A stretch of DNA of 59,577 nt, filler included, from Sphacelaria rigidula (lineage: Eukaryota), in assembly GCA_964200075.2 (NCBI GenBank). It is 4 parts of 4 records of this genome, joined end to end, with 100 filler letters (N's around TTAATTAATTAA, not from the genome) between each part and the next. Parts side by side here need not be neighbours in the genome. Positions count along the whole stretch, not along the records: positions 14,922 to 29,741 come from CAXNAA020002029.1; positions 29,842 to 44,660 come from CAXNAA020002030.1; 2 more parts are not named here. One strand, 5' to 3'. A program made the translations under genes and the position numbers. This document shows, piece by piece, positions 25,907 to 38,034 of this stretch. Under the pieces are notes generated by a model. That model ran no database searches. It was not told the origin of the DNA and saw only the letters and a program-made list of their open reading frames with translations. Positions within the stretch are counted from its first letter, which is position 1, and each line of letters starts with the position of its first letter.

Positions 25907-26016
25907 CTGTGCTGTGGGAGAGGAAGGATCGCTGTTGTATTGCCTCATCAAGAAATTATTTTGCTCTCGATCGGAAGGCGCCCCCGACACGGCTAACGGG
26001 TCCGAGAGATACGATC
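25907..26016 (-). CDS. Probable upstream exon of IQM-like gene
   Basis: Strong polypyrimidine+GCAG acceptor, CAG|GTACAT donor, phase 0 into the 24786 exon. Confidence 0.55.
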
Positions 26017-29000
26017 CTGCAAGGGAAGAACAAAGAGAAAAAGCGCGTGTGAGAGTGGGGCTGGGGGGGGGTGGGGGGGGTGGGGCGTAGGAGGGATAAC
26101 AGCCTCCGCCTCGGACATGGACCGCAACTCTCAAAGCTAAGGACTAGACTCTAATTCTCATGTGAAACACAGACAGCACCCGCAATTGATGAGATTCTTC
26201 TTTGAAGATGGGGAGGGGGTAGGATCACGAAATATCGGCAGAGTACACCTGTGATATGGCTGGTTGCGCATGACATGAATAGCTGCACATCGCTGCAGCC
26301 AAGGTCACAACAACATAAATATTCACAGGTTATCATTGCGACAAAAGTGCTCATGTGTCGAGACAATCCACACCGTTAGAATTGAAGACAAGTTTTGTAC
26401 ATCTCTATTACCAGAGGAAGCGTAGGGCCGGGGGGGGTACTCATGATCATGCACGCCACAGTCATAAGAGTGGATTGTTCGTTTCACTACTCTCGTACCT
26501 AAGTGTGAGTGGGGGGAGGGGCGAGGGGGTTCGTGACCTAACGGCAGGTGGAAATGTCAACGACAAATTTCCGACCTCTGCTTGCGTGGCCTCAACATGA
26601 GCAATATGGACAAAACTCCTGACAAAAGGCGACACGGGCAGAAGGAGCGGCCGGATGTGATGACAACAAACGCCTAGCACTAGTTTCCAGGGGAGGGGGG
26701 GGAGGGAAGAGCAGAACCCATAAAATTCCATCCTGGGGTACAAAAACACGATCAACTTGAAAGGGAGAAATACGGACCGAAAGCCCAGGGCTCCCAGCGG
26801 TTCGTTCCAGTGACTCTTTATCCACCCGCCCGTTGTCCTGTGAGGAGCAGTGACTATTATACGTGAGCCATCGTCGCCTCCCTCTGTACTGCTTTTATGG
26901 TTCGCGTGCGTATTTTATACGAAATGGCAGAATTGCTGATTCAGATTCAGACACATCAAAGCAGACTTATAGAGATGCGGCCCGCGACCACGAGGAGACA
27001 TGAATTTCGGCGAGCCGTTTCTTATACAAATTTATTTCACTTGCCCGCACTCGATACTATTTTCGCAGGAACCACACATTGTGTAACTTCATGAGCCCGT
27101 CCCTCCCCCCTTTCCCCCCACCGGAAGATGAGTTTTGATCCCTGCTACTTCGATACAGTGGTGCGAATGCCCTCCATATCTCCAGGGGGTGACCGTATAC
27201 CTATCCGACCATAAAAAAAAAAAATCGACTCCAAGGTTGAAAATGGAGGAACCCAGCATCACATTGCGAATTGCACGGTATGCAGCGCCCACGCCAAATT
27301 TGACCCCCAACTGCCCTCCACATACAGAATCTATAGCGGAAAGGAAGGGGCGTCTTAAAGCTGGTGTCCAGCGGTGCAGGGTGATCTCCCGCGTCGTTGC
27401 AGACACCCACCAGTTCGGCCATCGTTGAGAGCAGAAATAACAACACGTCTCATCGGAGCGTAGCTTTGACGGACGGTGTTAGTATCCGGCATGTTTGCCA
27501 ACACAGAAAACGCTGCTTGTGGGCGGCTGTGCCCTCAGTCGATACATCACGAAGGAAAAAGCAGGACATCGAGCGCTAACCCATCCGCGTACCCGTGCGT
27601 TGTTGCAAAATTAGAGGAACTCGGCATTTTCGCATTTTCGGCGACAGCACATGATGCGTCGAACACTATCAATCGGCCACGCCCTTGCCGTGACGGACTA
27701 GAATAGACAGTAGCTTTTGGTTCGGGGAGTGGGAAGAGAACAATGTCGGAGTAACAACCTTATACTTGTACATGCGGCGGGTTCGACCTGTACACCGTAC
27801 CGTAGAACATGAAAACACCAAAAATCGAATGAAACAAGAGCCTCTCGTCATAGGCAACCGAGAGAGAAGGAATAACATCCAACGTGGAAAATTCATCTTG
27901 GCCAAAGGCAAGTCCTCGCGCATCGTGCACGTGGAACAAAATTTGCGTGTCAGCATTGCAGGCTGCGTCCTCCAAATAAAAACGGATTTCACCGAATTTA
28001 GGTAGCTCATTAGTGCGTGCGTACCCTCAAGCTCTTCCGGGCTGCAAGCCCGAGGGAGAGGAATGACGAGGGCCGTCTTCATGTTCTCCCATCAATATGG
28101 GATATCGCATAGGTGTCGGAGTTTCCGAACATCATACTATCGCTACTATACTGAACTGCCATGGGATTTGAAAACAAAAAGATTAGAATGAGGGGGGTCG
28201 GGGGCCTGCCGACCTTGATGGTGTCATGTGAGGAGGTGATACTCTACCTGAACAACACTGCAGCAGTGAAAACTACTGTATACTTCCGGAAACATGAGAA
28301 CGGCATAGAATGGCCGCCACCGCTGCGGTTCTAACCGCGATGCTCGGCAACCTCACGCGTCGTACATGAATATAAGGACAGTACCAGGAGGTTTCAGTGC
28401 ACAACTGCACGAGAGGAAGTGTGTTTGAACCCGTTGTAATACAACATATATTTCGAATCCAATTTTCATTCCGTCTGTCCAGGTGTGTACAACGTTGACA
28501 CTCGGCCCCCGAAAACAAAAAGTAATGAAACAAGACGGAAATCGCTTGTAGAGACTTCACTGCGACATCTCCAGGATAGTGCAGCAGTTTACTATGGCAT
28601 GGAGTACATTGTGAATGCAGCACCTCATCATCCATTCATCTTCATTCGTTCCTCGCGGAGGAAATAATTTAGGACAAAAAGGGCCGGGGGGTGCCCGCAG
28701 CAACACCAAGATCCCGGGCCACCCAAAAACGCGAAAGCACCACTTTTGAAATATTTAGTCGACATTTTAATACATGATCAACCATTGCAGAAACCGAGGG
28801 GAGGAGGTCAAATCATGATGGGAAAAAAGAAAGAGGGGGTAGCAGCGGGCAGACCAGTTGCTGTAGGTATTTTGAAGACATAACACTCTACGCAAGATAT
28901 GGATTTACAAATTGTATAACAAGATATCTTACGTAGCCACGCACCACACCTGTTGCAGCCGTCTTCGGTTGGAAAAGCGAAAATCGCATCCCATCACAGA

Positions 29001-29681
29001 AGGGCAGCTGTGTCTGACCATCACTACACCCCCTGTAGACATCTCCATCACCGGCCAATGCAAGAGCCAGTAGATCACATGAAAACACCCCCGTTTCACC
29101 CACATTTCCCAGTAATTGACACACAACAACCGTGGTCGTCTTCGTTTGCGCTGCCACGACAGCAAGGTTTCCTCGTACATGAAGCCGACGTGTGGCTGGT
29201 AGCTTCAGGACTGTTTTGTGTATTTGAGATCCCCTCGCATGCGCAGACAAGCTGCACACATCAACTACACCTACTCTCCACCACTCTCGACAACACGCGA
29301 CAAAACAAGCATAGCGTCAAGTACATTACAGTACATATATGGCCGGCAGTGAAGACAGCATGACTCTCAATTAGTGTTCCTCAACAGCAACAGCAACATG
29401 CAGCAGAAGAAGGCAACGTCGACCTCCTGCGCTAGATAATCCTCCAAATGTCACACGGGAAAAACCTCATCACAATGCCACGTTGGCTCTGTGGGACCCC
29501 AGATGCTCCACGTTAGTTTCGACTATCGCTGTGGTGGAAAAATAACAAAACACACAAATACGTACGATCTGCAGTGAGCGTTTCCTCGCCTGATGAGACT
29601 ATTCGAAGGGTCACCTTTTTTTTTAGAAACCACGATCTTCACTCATGACGCCCCTGTTCAAACCCCTTCCCGCCCCCCCCC

Positions 29682-29724
<43 letters not shown>

Positions 29725-29741
29725 CCCCCACCCCGCCCCCC

Positions 29742-29841
29742 NNNNNNNNNNNNNNNNNNNNNNNNNNNNNNNNNNNNNNNNNNNNTTAATTAATTAANNN
29801 NNNNNNNNNNNNNNNNNNNNNNNNNNNNNNNNNNNNNNNNN
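29742..29841. other. Artificial contig linker
   Basis: N44-TTAATTAATTAA-N44. Confidence 0.97.
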
Positions 29842-30456
29842 CTGACCCGGATCTGTCACGACCTGATCCGTCCGACGTGTGAAACTCTCACATCTCAGTG
29901 AGCCTGATTGATTGAGCAAGAGAGATTGAGTACTGAGAGTATTTAGGAGACCAAGGATTGAGTAATCAAGAAGAGATATTATCATACCTACGCGTGAAGC
30001 TAGCTTCGATACCTTGGACACATAGAACAAAGGAACACTGTCAGCGTTATTTTGGTACGTTGCAGAGTTGCTCTGCCTCACAGCTTGGTTGTTCGGCCTC
30101 TTGTTTGGTTCTCTTACCTCGCCAGTAAGACGTGTTGCCATACATACGGCGTAACTCCATCACATCCTAACTATCCAAACGAAAACCAAAAACAGCACAG
30201 CTCTACTCAACTTACCTTTTCGTACAGTTCTGACATTGGGTTTTACTGTCGCAAAGGTTTAATTGATGAAAGGTGAGCCAATTTGCTCGTCATACATTCG
30301 TGTAGAAAGGAGAGGGGGTGGTAATTAGAGTGAGTGTGTATGTGTACGTGTGTATGCATGGATGCTTGCCGTTTCTGAACTATATCTGAATTGACCTTTG
30401 TTGTCAACGTTCAGCCTTAGATCAACGTTTGCGGTTGGCAAACCTAAAGCCACTAA

Positions 30457-30713
30457 CCCTGTGTGCCTTCTGCGTTCTTCATGATCTTTAAAACCTCCTG
30501 TTGTGAAGCATACACAGCCTTCTTACCGAGCACATGCTTGCACGTGCGGCATACCCAGCCACGTTCCTCGGACCACGTCGCGAGACAGGCGACGAGCGGG
30601 GCGTCGGCCGCTCCAGAAGATACATCGGAGCCTTTGCCAGGAGAGGAAGCTGCTAAAGGTGAGCTTGGAAGGGGCGGCGTGTTCGCCATCTCAGTGGTAT
30701 CCATGCCAAGGAT
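30457..30713 (-). CDS. Possible exon of an unidentified gene
   Basis: GC-rich stop-free frame (..WSEERGWVCRTCKHVLGKK..) ending at a G|GTTAGT donor-like site; no family recognised. Confidence 0.3.
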
Positions 30714-31747
30714 CTTTGTTCACAGCAGCTGACCGCATCCGCCAAAGCCTCGGTTGGAAACAAGGGGATAGCAGGCTGGGTGTCCCCCCCCCCCCCTCCC
30801 CCCCCCCCGTATACTCAAATTTCCGATCTTGGAGGCTACGTTTCCACTTTGTTACGAGCTGAGCCAGCCTAGATACGGATTTAAGCTCTCAAAGCGATAT
30901 CTCATCGACGTATACGAGTTGGGCCATGATCCTCATATGCATCGTATTAATCGTCCAAACAAGGGGATGGTGACCATCTGCTCAAGAATCTGGGCCAGTA
31001 TTTTCTCGTTGATTTAACCCTATGTCTCGTAATCCCTAAACCTATAACGGAGATAGCGTCCGTACTATGAAACCCCCGATCGATAAATTCAGCGGGTGAC
31101 GACGGTTTTTGATGTGGACATTCCCTGGAGCACGGGGAGACGATAAATACCCTCACCTTCACCTAATTCGTTATCTATCTCGAGATATTGCGCATATAAG
31201 TTTCCATTTTCAAATCAACATATTACGGGTAGAGGCACTAGATGAGCTGAATTTGGATATCGCGTCTCAGTTTTTGAGAGCTATGATATGAAATTTCGTA
31301 TGTAGAAACGATGGTGCATGATGAAGCTAAAAGAAACAGCGTTTTTTTCTTCATTTTTCTCGGGGGGAAGGTTTCGGCTTTTAGGGCTGTTTTGAGGAGA
31401 AATGAACATTGCTCTTGGGCCTTATCTCAAATTATTAGCTCAATTCTCAGAACTGTGATGTAAAACTCAGCATAAAAAACCACATAGGTATGCTGAATAT
31501 AAAAAGTGGGCCCTCAACTTTTTTATTTGTGGAGAGGTTCGGGCGTTCTAGTAGAAAAGTGGTCCTTTTCATACTAAAACGTCGTAAACCAGTGAAACAA
31601 ATGATGATAATCAGCTTGATCCACTTTGTTTCGTCAACTATGCCCTAGCGAGGGCGCACACAAGATTTCAAGACACAAAAACCAATTGTGGGCCGGTGAG
31701 TTGCATGCGAAATACTGTTCCAAATTTTTACAGACCCCCTCACTAAA

Positions 31748-31938
31748 CGGCCCTTTCACCGGCCAATATTTAGAGTTTACCCTATCACGGTTGGACCCTG
31801 AAATTTGGTGTGGACAATGAAAAGGGCATAATAAAAACAATTACCAGTGAACACCAGTTTTTTTTTCATAAGTCAAAGGCAATAATCAGTTTTCGGGTAC
31901 CAGTACAATGTCCTTAACTCATGAAAAAAAAAATCTTG
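31748..31938. mobile_element. Left part of foldback MITE split by the LTR element (right part 42584-42675)
   Basis: AATATTTAGAG..TTGGACCCTGAAATTTG.T.TGGACAATGAAAAGGGCATAA is the reverse complement of ~42608-42659. Confidence 0.8.
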
Positions 31939-32576
31939 TGTTATGATATTCGAAGGAACTGGCGTGGATAAGGTTCCGCAGCGCCCTGGGTGTCAGAGTA
32001 AATGAATGTTAGATATGACTCTCGGTCGGCTGTCAAGGCATGTCAGCTTGTTGGAAGATACAAATACTCGATGGGTGATACAGTATGGTTGACGTCTGCA
32101 CATGGAATGATCATGTGCACGACGGATGGTATTCCCGGAACGTTCGTTGGATGGAGGATATCCGATCTTTGGTTATTTTATCATGATTAGTGACGGATAG
32201 AATTCCAACGTAAGGTAGTCATACTGGCGCCCCGAGCGCATCTGAGCTCACTTCATTTTGGGCCCAGGATATCATCAGCCTTGCCGCCGTTGCTCTGAGT
32301 TCCAAGTGAGTCCTTATCGGAGAGTTGTGGTCTTGGGGAAACTACTGGCTCCGGTTCGTATTGTGAATTATAAGGAGATAATCTATTTTGTTTTCGTGGA
32401 CACCTGGATTCAATTGCTGCTGCTGTCATAGTATTGGATCTGTATAGATTTACTGCACCCTGCTGTGCACATCGCAACCTAGCACTCACAGCTTGAGCCT
32501 CTGTTCGTGAGAACATACAGGGCAAGGGTGGACTGAGGCTGCCTTCTCCAAGGCGTTTACCCATAAGTTCATAATG
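31939..32576 (+). repeat. 5' LTR
   Basis: TGTTATG...CATAATG; ~99% identical to 41945-42583 by eye. Confidence 0.95.
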
Positions 32577-32578
32577 TA

Positions 32579-32595
32579 TGGGGCTCCAGCTGGGA
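32579..32595 (+). promoter_or_regulatory. Degenerate primer-binding site (tRNA-Pro-like)
   Basis: TGGGGCTCCAGCTGGGA(T) just after the LTR resembles the tRNA-Pro PBS TGGGGGCTCGTCCGGGAT. Confidence 0.5.
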
Positions 32596-34101
32596 TATAT
32601 GTTATTTTTTTTTCGGTTCTGTGTAGTAGTCCTTTTGCTCCGTTCCTATACTCTCCTATGAGAACATGCGGAGTATCTACTCACTGTCTTTTGTGGAAAC
32701 ATGCGGAGTAATTGCACACATATGTGCACGTTCTTGGGTGACCTGTCTGTTACCTGTGCACATTTCACACGTTTGTGTGTGCACTATTGTGTCGTGTCTT
32801 GAGGTGGTGGACCGACGAACGATGAGCCCAACAGCACGACACAAGCACCCCTTTCCGGTGTTTCGTGTATGCCCCTGGCTAATAAAGCTACCCCACAACG
32901 CAACACATGAGCACAGACGAACCAAATTGTTTCCTCCCGCAGTTCTCACACCAGATTGTATGTGCCCACGCATGTAGCCTCTGATCGGCGGATGCGTTGC
33001 TCCCATGGACGATGCTCCATCCCGGGTGTATGTTTTGTTTTGTTTTTGTTTTTTTTCGTGGCAGCGTTGGATACTGCACTTTTCGGCATCGCTCTATTCA
33101 CTTTGACCTGCAAGTTTCCAGAGCCCATGCCCGCGGTCGTATCAAATCGATATCCTGGCCGAGACACCGACGTTGTGATTACGAGTGCTTTGGTTCCATG
33201 TACTCTTCAGTACTGAACTCTCTCCGAACTTTCTGTAGTGGCAAGTTACTTGGAACACCGCACCCCGTGCACGAGCGGAAGAGTGTTTTTTTGTGCTTGT
33301 TCTGAATCACACTGCACTGCAGTACAGTAAATTGGAGTCGGGTTGTAGCCGTAGTGCATTGCTGTCATGGTTCCGATACGGTCAACCAACCCCTCACCAC
33401 GAGTTGTTCAGCGATAGGTGTGCCTGCACTCGATATCTTTTCTTCGCCGCAGTGTTTCATTTGATTTGTTGCAGGCATGTAACACAGCTGCAGTCGAGTG
33501 TCACATCTTCTCGGATATGTACACGTGTTCGTGAACTTCGGGTTGTTTAGCACTACAGTACATGCGTACTACAGTCGCAACACACCGTCTCCGACTTGGA
33601 CTATCACTAATGGACAAATGCTGCCATCGCAAGTGGTTTGTAGCACTACACGATGTTCAATCGCCTCTTTTGTTTTCTCGGAGATCGTCACACGAGTACC
33701 GCTATTCCGGTTGAGACCACAAGCCACGTTGTGAACAGGTGCCAACCGAAGCTTGCGGGTCAATTCCGTCAAGCTCCACTTCATAAAAGTGTTTTACACG
33801 CACAAGGGTTCAGCGGCAGTACTATTTCCACCCTGCAGGTGTGCCCTGCTTCCTGAGTGTGTGATTTTTTTTCACATAGATTTTCGACACCAGTACACCT
33901 TGAAGCATGCGTCACCCAGCCCAGCCTGCTGGGGATGTGTAGCCGCTTGCATTCCGTAGTCTGTCCATCAACCATCTTTATCCCAATCACGAATGTTGCT
34001 TTCGAGCAGCGCATACAAGCTGTGGTGCTTAGATCGATATCCTGTTCGAGCCACTGGCTCTTCGGTTTGAAGTATCTCAGTTTTCACACACAGTATACAA
34101 C

Positions 34102-34539
34102 ACGGGATCTTACAAATTGGGGATGGATCATTTATTGGGGATGAGAAACCCGGAGGATTAAAAATCGTCGTATCTACACCAAATCTTCGAAATGTGGTCC
34201 CATTTTTTGACCCCCTGATAGCTATTGACAACTTCTACACGCCATAAAAATCTGGATTTCGATCATCGCAATGTTGGGGTCCTAGGTGAAAAAACAATTT
34301 TGGGGAATTCCGGGTGTCCGAACGGACGCCAAAATGGTTCCGAATGTCTTTTTGTACCTAGGACCCCAACATCGCGGTGATCGAAATCCAAATTCGCATG
34401 GCGTGTAACAGTTGTCAATACCTATCGGGAGGTGAAAAAACATAATCATATTTCGAAGATTTGGTGTGGATACGAAGATTTTAATTCTCCGGGTTCTCAT
34501 CCCCAATAAAAGATCCATCCCCAATTTGTAAGATCCCGT
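34102..34539. mobile_element. ~440-bp foldback MITE nested in the LTR element
   Basis: ACGGGATCTTACAAATTGGGGATGGATC... / ...GATCCATCCCCAATTTGTAAGATCCCGT; arms pair over ~200 bp; possible TA target. Confidence 0.88.
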
Positions 34540-36739
34540 ATTATACCAGCATGCAAACGTCCCGCTCTCCCACTTTCGTGGCGGGGGTGCAATTTGAGAG
34601 AAGCGCTGGTGAAGTATGGGAAACTCGGTACTGACTACATCATGCGCACGGACACTGTCCGAATCAAACGCGTCGGATACTCCAGTGCATCACACCTCTG
34701 CATCTATGCATCATACGAGCGGGTGTTTTTCAACTTCGGGGTGGCCCCCCATGTGTCACTAGCTGTATGTCAAGGCATGTATTGCATACTCTTCCTCGAC
34801 ATACCGTTCGAACTGTATTGAACTTCCCCCCAGCGTGACAAACATCCCTTCACCGCATACGGGTAATGCAGTGATATCTTGTTTTGAAACCACCACTACC
34901 GTATTTCACCATCGATACCATCAAAGGATTGGCACCGATGAACTTGCATCGCGATGCTTCTCCGAAGTGAGGGCCCCACAGGTTGTTTTGCTAAGGTTCC
35001 AAACGCCCTTACCAGTAGCCCCATGTGCTCTCATACACACCAGACTGTATCCAGTACCACCGTAGCCAGCCCAGAATTTCGCGCCCTGCGCACCACCAAA
35101 AACGCTGTTCTGACAACTCCGTGTACCACTCGACAATTTTTCACTGAAACCTGTCTGGAGTACAAAATGGTGGTCGCATGCCTTCACGACTACACCCGAA
35201 ATCACGGTGTCAGTCTCTGTACTTACTAGCAGGCCCGGTGCTTGGTACACAAGAAGAAGAAAAAACAAGAAGAAAAATAAAAGAGGAAACCACAGCCTGA
35301 AGGAAATTTCCCCTCAGCCTCTGGTGATCTATCGTTCCACGAGAATGAACCCAAGCCAGTCAAGGCGGCTCCTGACCGAACACCAAGACGGTGCGGTCCC
35401 CGTTGATTTTACGCGGCCACTGCCCCCACATCCCGAAACTGAGATATTGTCGGCCGGCGCTAGCTCAATCTTGTGGTGTGGGTACAATGGGTTCGATCAA
35501 TCCTGGGTCAAGGGTCCCACTCAGGCACGATCCCGCGAAACCACACGTGGGTGTAGCTCTCACGGTGAAGAATTGTGTTGTTTCATCATTAGAACTGATC
35601 ACTCTAGTGTACCACTTCAAAGTTCCAACTGTTGGCAGCCAGCTCCTCCCCGACCATCGGGGTGGGAGACTACGTCTTTTGCAGGTGCCCACATGCCGAG
35701 AGAGAAGCTGCCTCGCGGTATTGTGCTGCTGCCCCTACGGCTATCCACTGTAGGGTACATGTTAGCCCAGACGTCCACAGGGCGTCCGGCCCCTTAGTAG
35801 TCGAGCATAGGTATTCCACTGTGGATCATGCCCACAGGGAACCCTCGCTTCCCGCTGCTCCACGGGTTGGAGAAGGACCCCCGGCAGTGACCGGTCGGTA
35901 AGCCAAGAGCTCACACCGTCACAGATACTCCCGCGAACTTCCCAACAGCGCCAGGTCATGACGGCACGCCTCAGATGTAGGATGTGCCGCTACCGTCCTC
36001 TGCCCCCCCCGTTGCCCCCTGAGCCAACACCAACAAACAGGTCGAGGCGGAACGTGTTAAGCCACAAGTCCACCGTACCTACTGTCGGTTCGTTGTCGCG
36101 TTGACGTGCCGCTCTGCCACTGGCGATCTCACACCACGACAGGTTCACGCGGGTAACAGACGATTCGTCCCCTGTAGCTCCAAGTTGTTAGCCCCCGACA
36201 ACGTGTCTCCCGATACATCTGTGGATACCATGTCTATTTCCACTACATGCGTTGATGTGATGACGAAGTTCCGCTGGTGCAGCCACCGGAACCACGTCCG
36301 ACAACGAGAAACCGTCGACCCCTTTGTCCACTACTGTAGATGATTCGGCAGACACATTGCAGTGCAGGGCTGAAAATTCTGCCGACCCCGCACTTGAGAC
36401 ATCCACTACCAAGCCGGCAATGCGTGCCCCCTCCATGCCGATATTACAGCCGACCCCGTCCCTACCACGACGGTCACAACAAATAGTCGCACCCCCATAG
36501 CGGTTTAAGATATTCGTAGCCCTTACGCCCCAACATTGGAGAACCCTAAGACCAGTGCCCACATCCCCAGGCCCCACAAGACCACCCCAGAGTGTATTTC
36601 AGTACTAAGTTCAGGAAGTACAGCGAACACATGTCAATCCGTTGCCGAAAATCGGTCCGGATCTTACGCATGGCGTTGTCACCTTAGACGATGCATCTTT
36701 CACAACTAGAGTTGGACTGGAAAACTACTTGAAAGTGGA

Positions 36740-37655
36740 TCTTGTGCAAGCCATCAACTTGTGGCCCTGATATTACTGGACCCGGGCTCCCCTCAGACCT
36801 TGCCCACCGTCAGTTGCTGGCAGGACATGCCCCGCACCGGCGCGGCCGATGACCGATGTCAGTCCGCTGTCCCCCCACGTACCTCCGGTGGCTCCGGGCA
36901 GGTTCTACTCTTCAACGATTGAGTGTTCAGTATTTCAACGGTACGCACCCCATAGCACGACCTTCTGTTTCGGCTTCGATTGCTCCACACAATGCCACGG
37001 CATTCCATGTTTTGTTGGGCAAAACGTAGCTGGTTGCGTTTCCGACATGTATGTTCGGACAGGAAGCTGTATTTGTGAAAAACGGACGCCAGCAATTTTT
37101 CGGACGTCTCCGCATCGGTTTAGTACCCAACCAGTTGTTGAGGTATGCTTTGGCTCCGCTTCCACGTACACCTCTCGTGATATATGTCCCCGCACCAGTA
37201 CCACTTCCCCAAGTGAGGTCGAGCAAAACGTCGATTGTCATGGACCAGTTTCAGCTGATACATTGGTTGAGACCGCGTTGGATAACGACGCGGAAACCGA
37301 CATTCATCAAATATTGTTGAGTTGTTTCTAGCCTCAGCAGCGAGCAAGGTTTTTCCGACTAAAGAATGACGTTCCACCACACCTGTCACATCACCCTCAA
37401 TCTCGACGGTGCCGGTTGTACCGCAGCGGTCATTGACAAACTTGTAGATGTTCTGATCCGCTATACCGCGCGATTGTCCACCTCACCTCTGGATTTGGGT
37501 CGATGCACAATGGCTCTGTTTAAAATCAACGTGCTATAAGGAACGCCCTCCATCGCCACACACCCGTCTCGCACAAACCCGCTGCTGGCTGATAAAGTAT
37601 CAGTAGTCATCATTAGCTACCTAGCGGCGGAAATCATTCGCGTACGCTTCCAAGA
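36740..37655 (+). pseudogene. Decayed aspartic protease plus pre-RT linker and RT N-terminus
   Basis: ILLDPGSPQTL (LDxG motif) at ~36771; DLGRCTMALFKINV..NPLLADKV..ISYLAAEIIR is typical of the Gypsy RT start; frameshifts and stops. Confidence 0.65.
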
Positions 37656-37666
37656 CTCCTGGTTTG

Positions 37667-37761
37667 AGCATGAGTGGGCTGAAACCGAGACTCCGGGTTT
37701 TGGCATGAGTGGGCTGACACCGAACAAAAACGTCCGGTTTGCGCATGAGTGGGCTGACACC
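37667..37761. repeat. Three tandem copies of GCATGAGTGGGCTGA(A/C)ACC
   Basis: Seen directly, within the filler that replaces RT. Confidence 0.8.
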
Positions 37762-38034
37762 TTCTGCCCCGAAAACGGCGCCAGGTGGTTTGCCCCCTCG
37801 ATCCCCCCTCTTCGTTTCTGGGAATGCCAACACCAGTGCAAGAATCAGATTTGGATAAGGCCTTTTCCGGGTGATTTGGATAGGGCCCCCGCATAAATGT
37901 TGCCGCCGCTTCGGAGCCCACCGCTTCCCCTTTTTGTTTTCATTGTACAAGTACACGATCTCATTTCTCGTAGAACGAGAGTAAACGAAAAAAAAAGAGG
38001 GGGGTTTTCTCCCCGCCAAGATAAGGCGCCAGGA

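Noticed and set aside
26495..27422. Further 5' exons of the IQM-like gene
   Set aside because: Several splice-like sites exist, but I could not build a phase-consistent, stop-free chain.
32002..32190. Identical 62-aa ORF duplicated at 42008
   Set aside because: Lies within the two LTRs; the duplication is explained by the LTRs.
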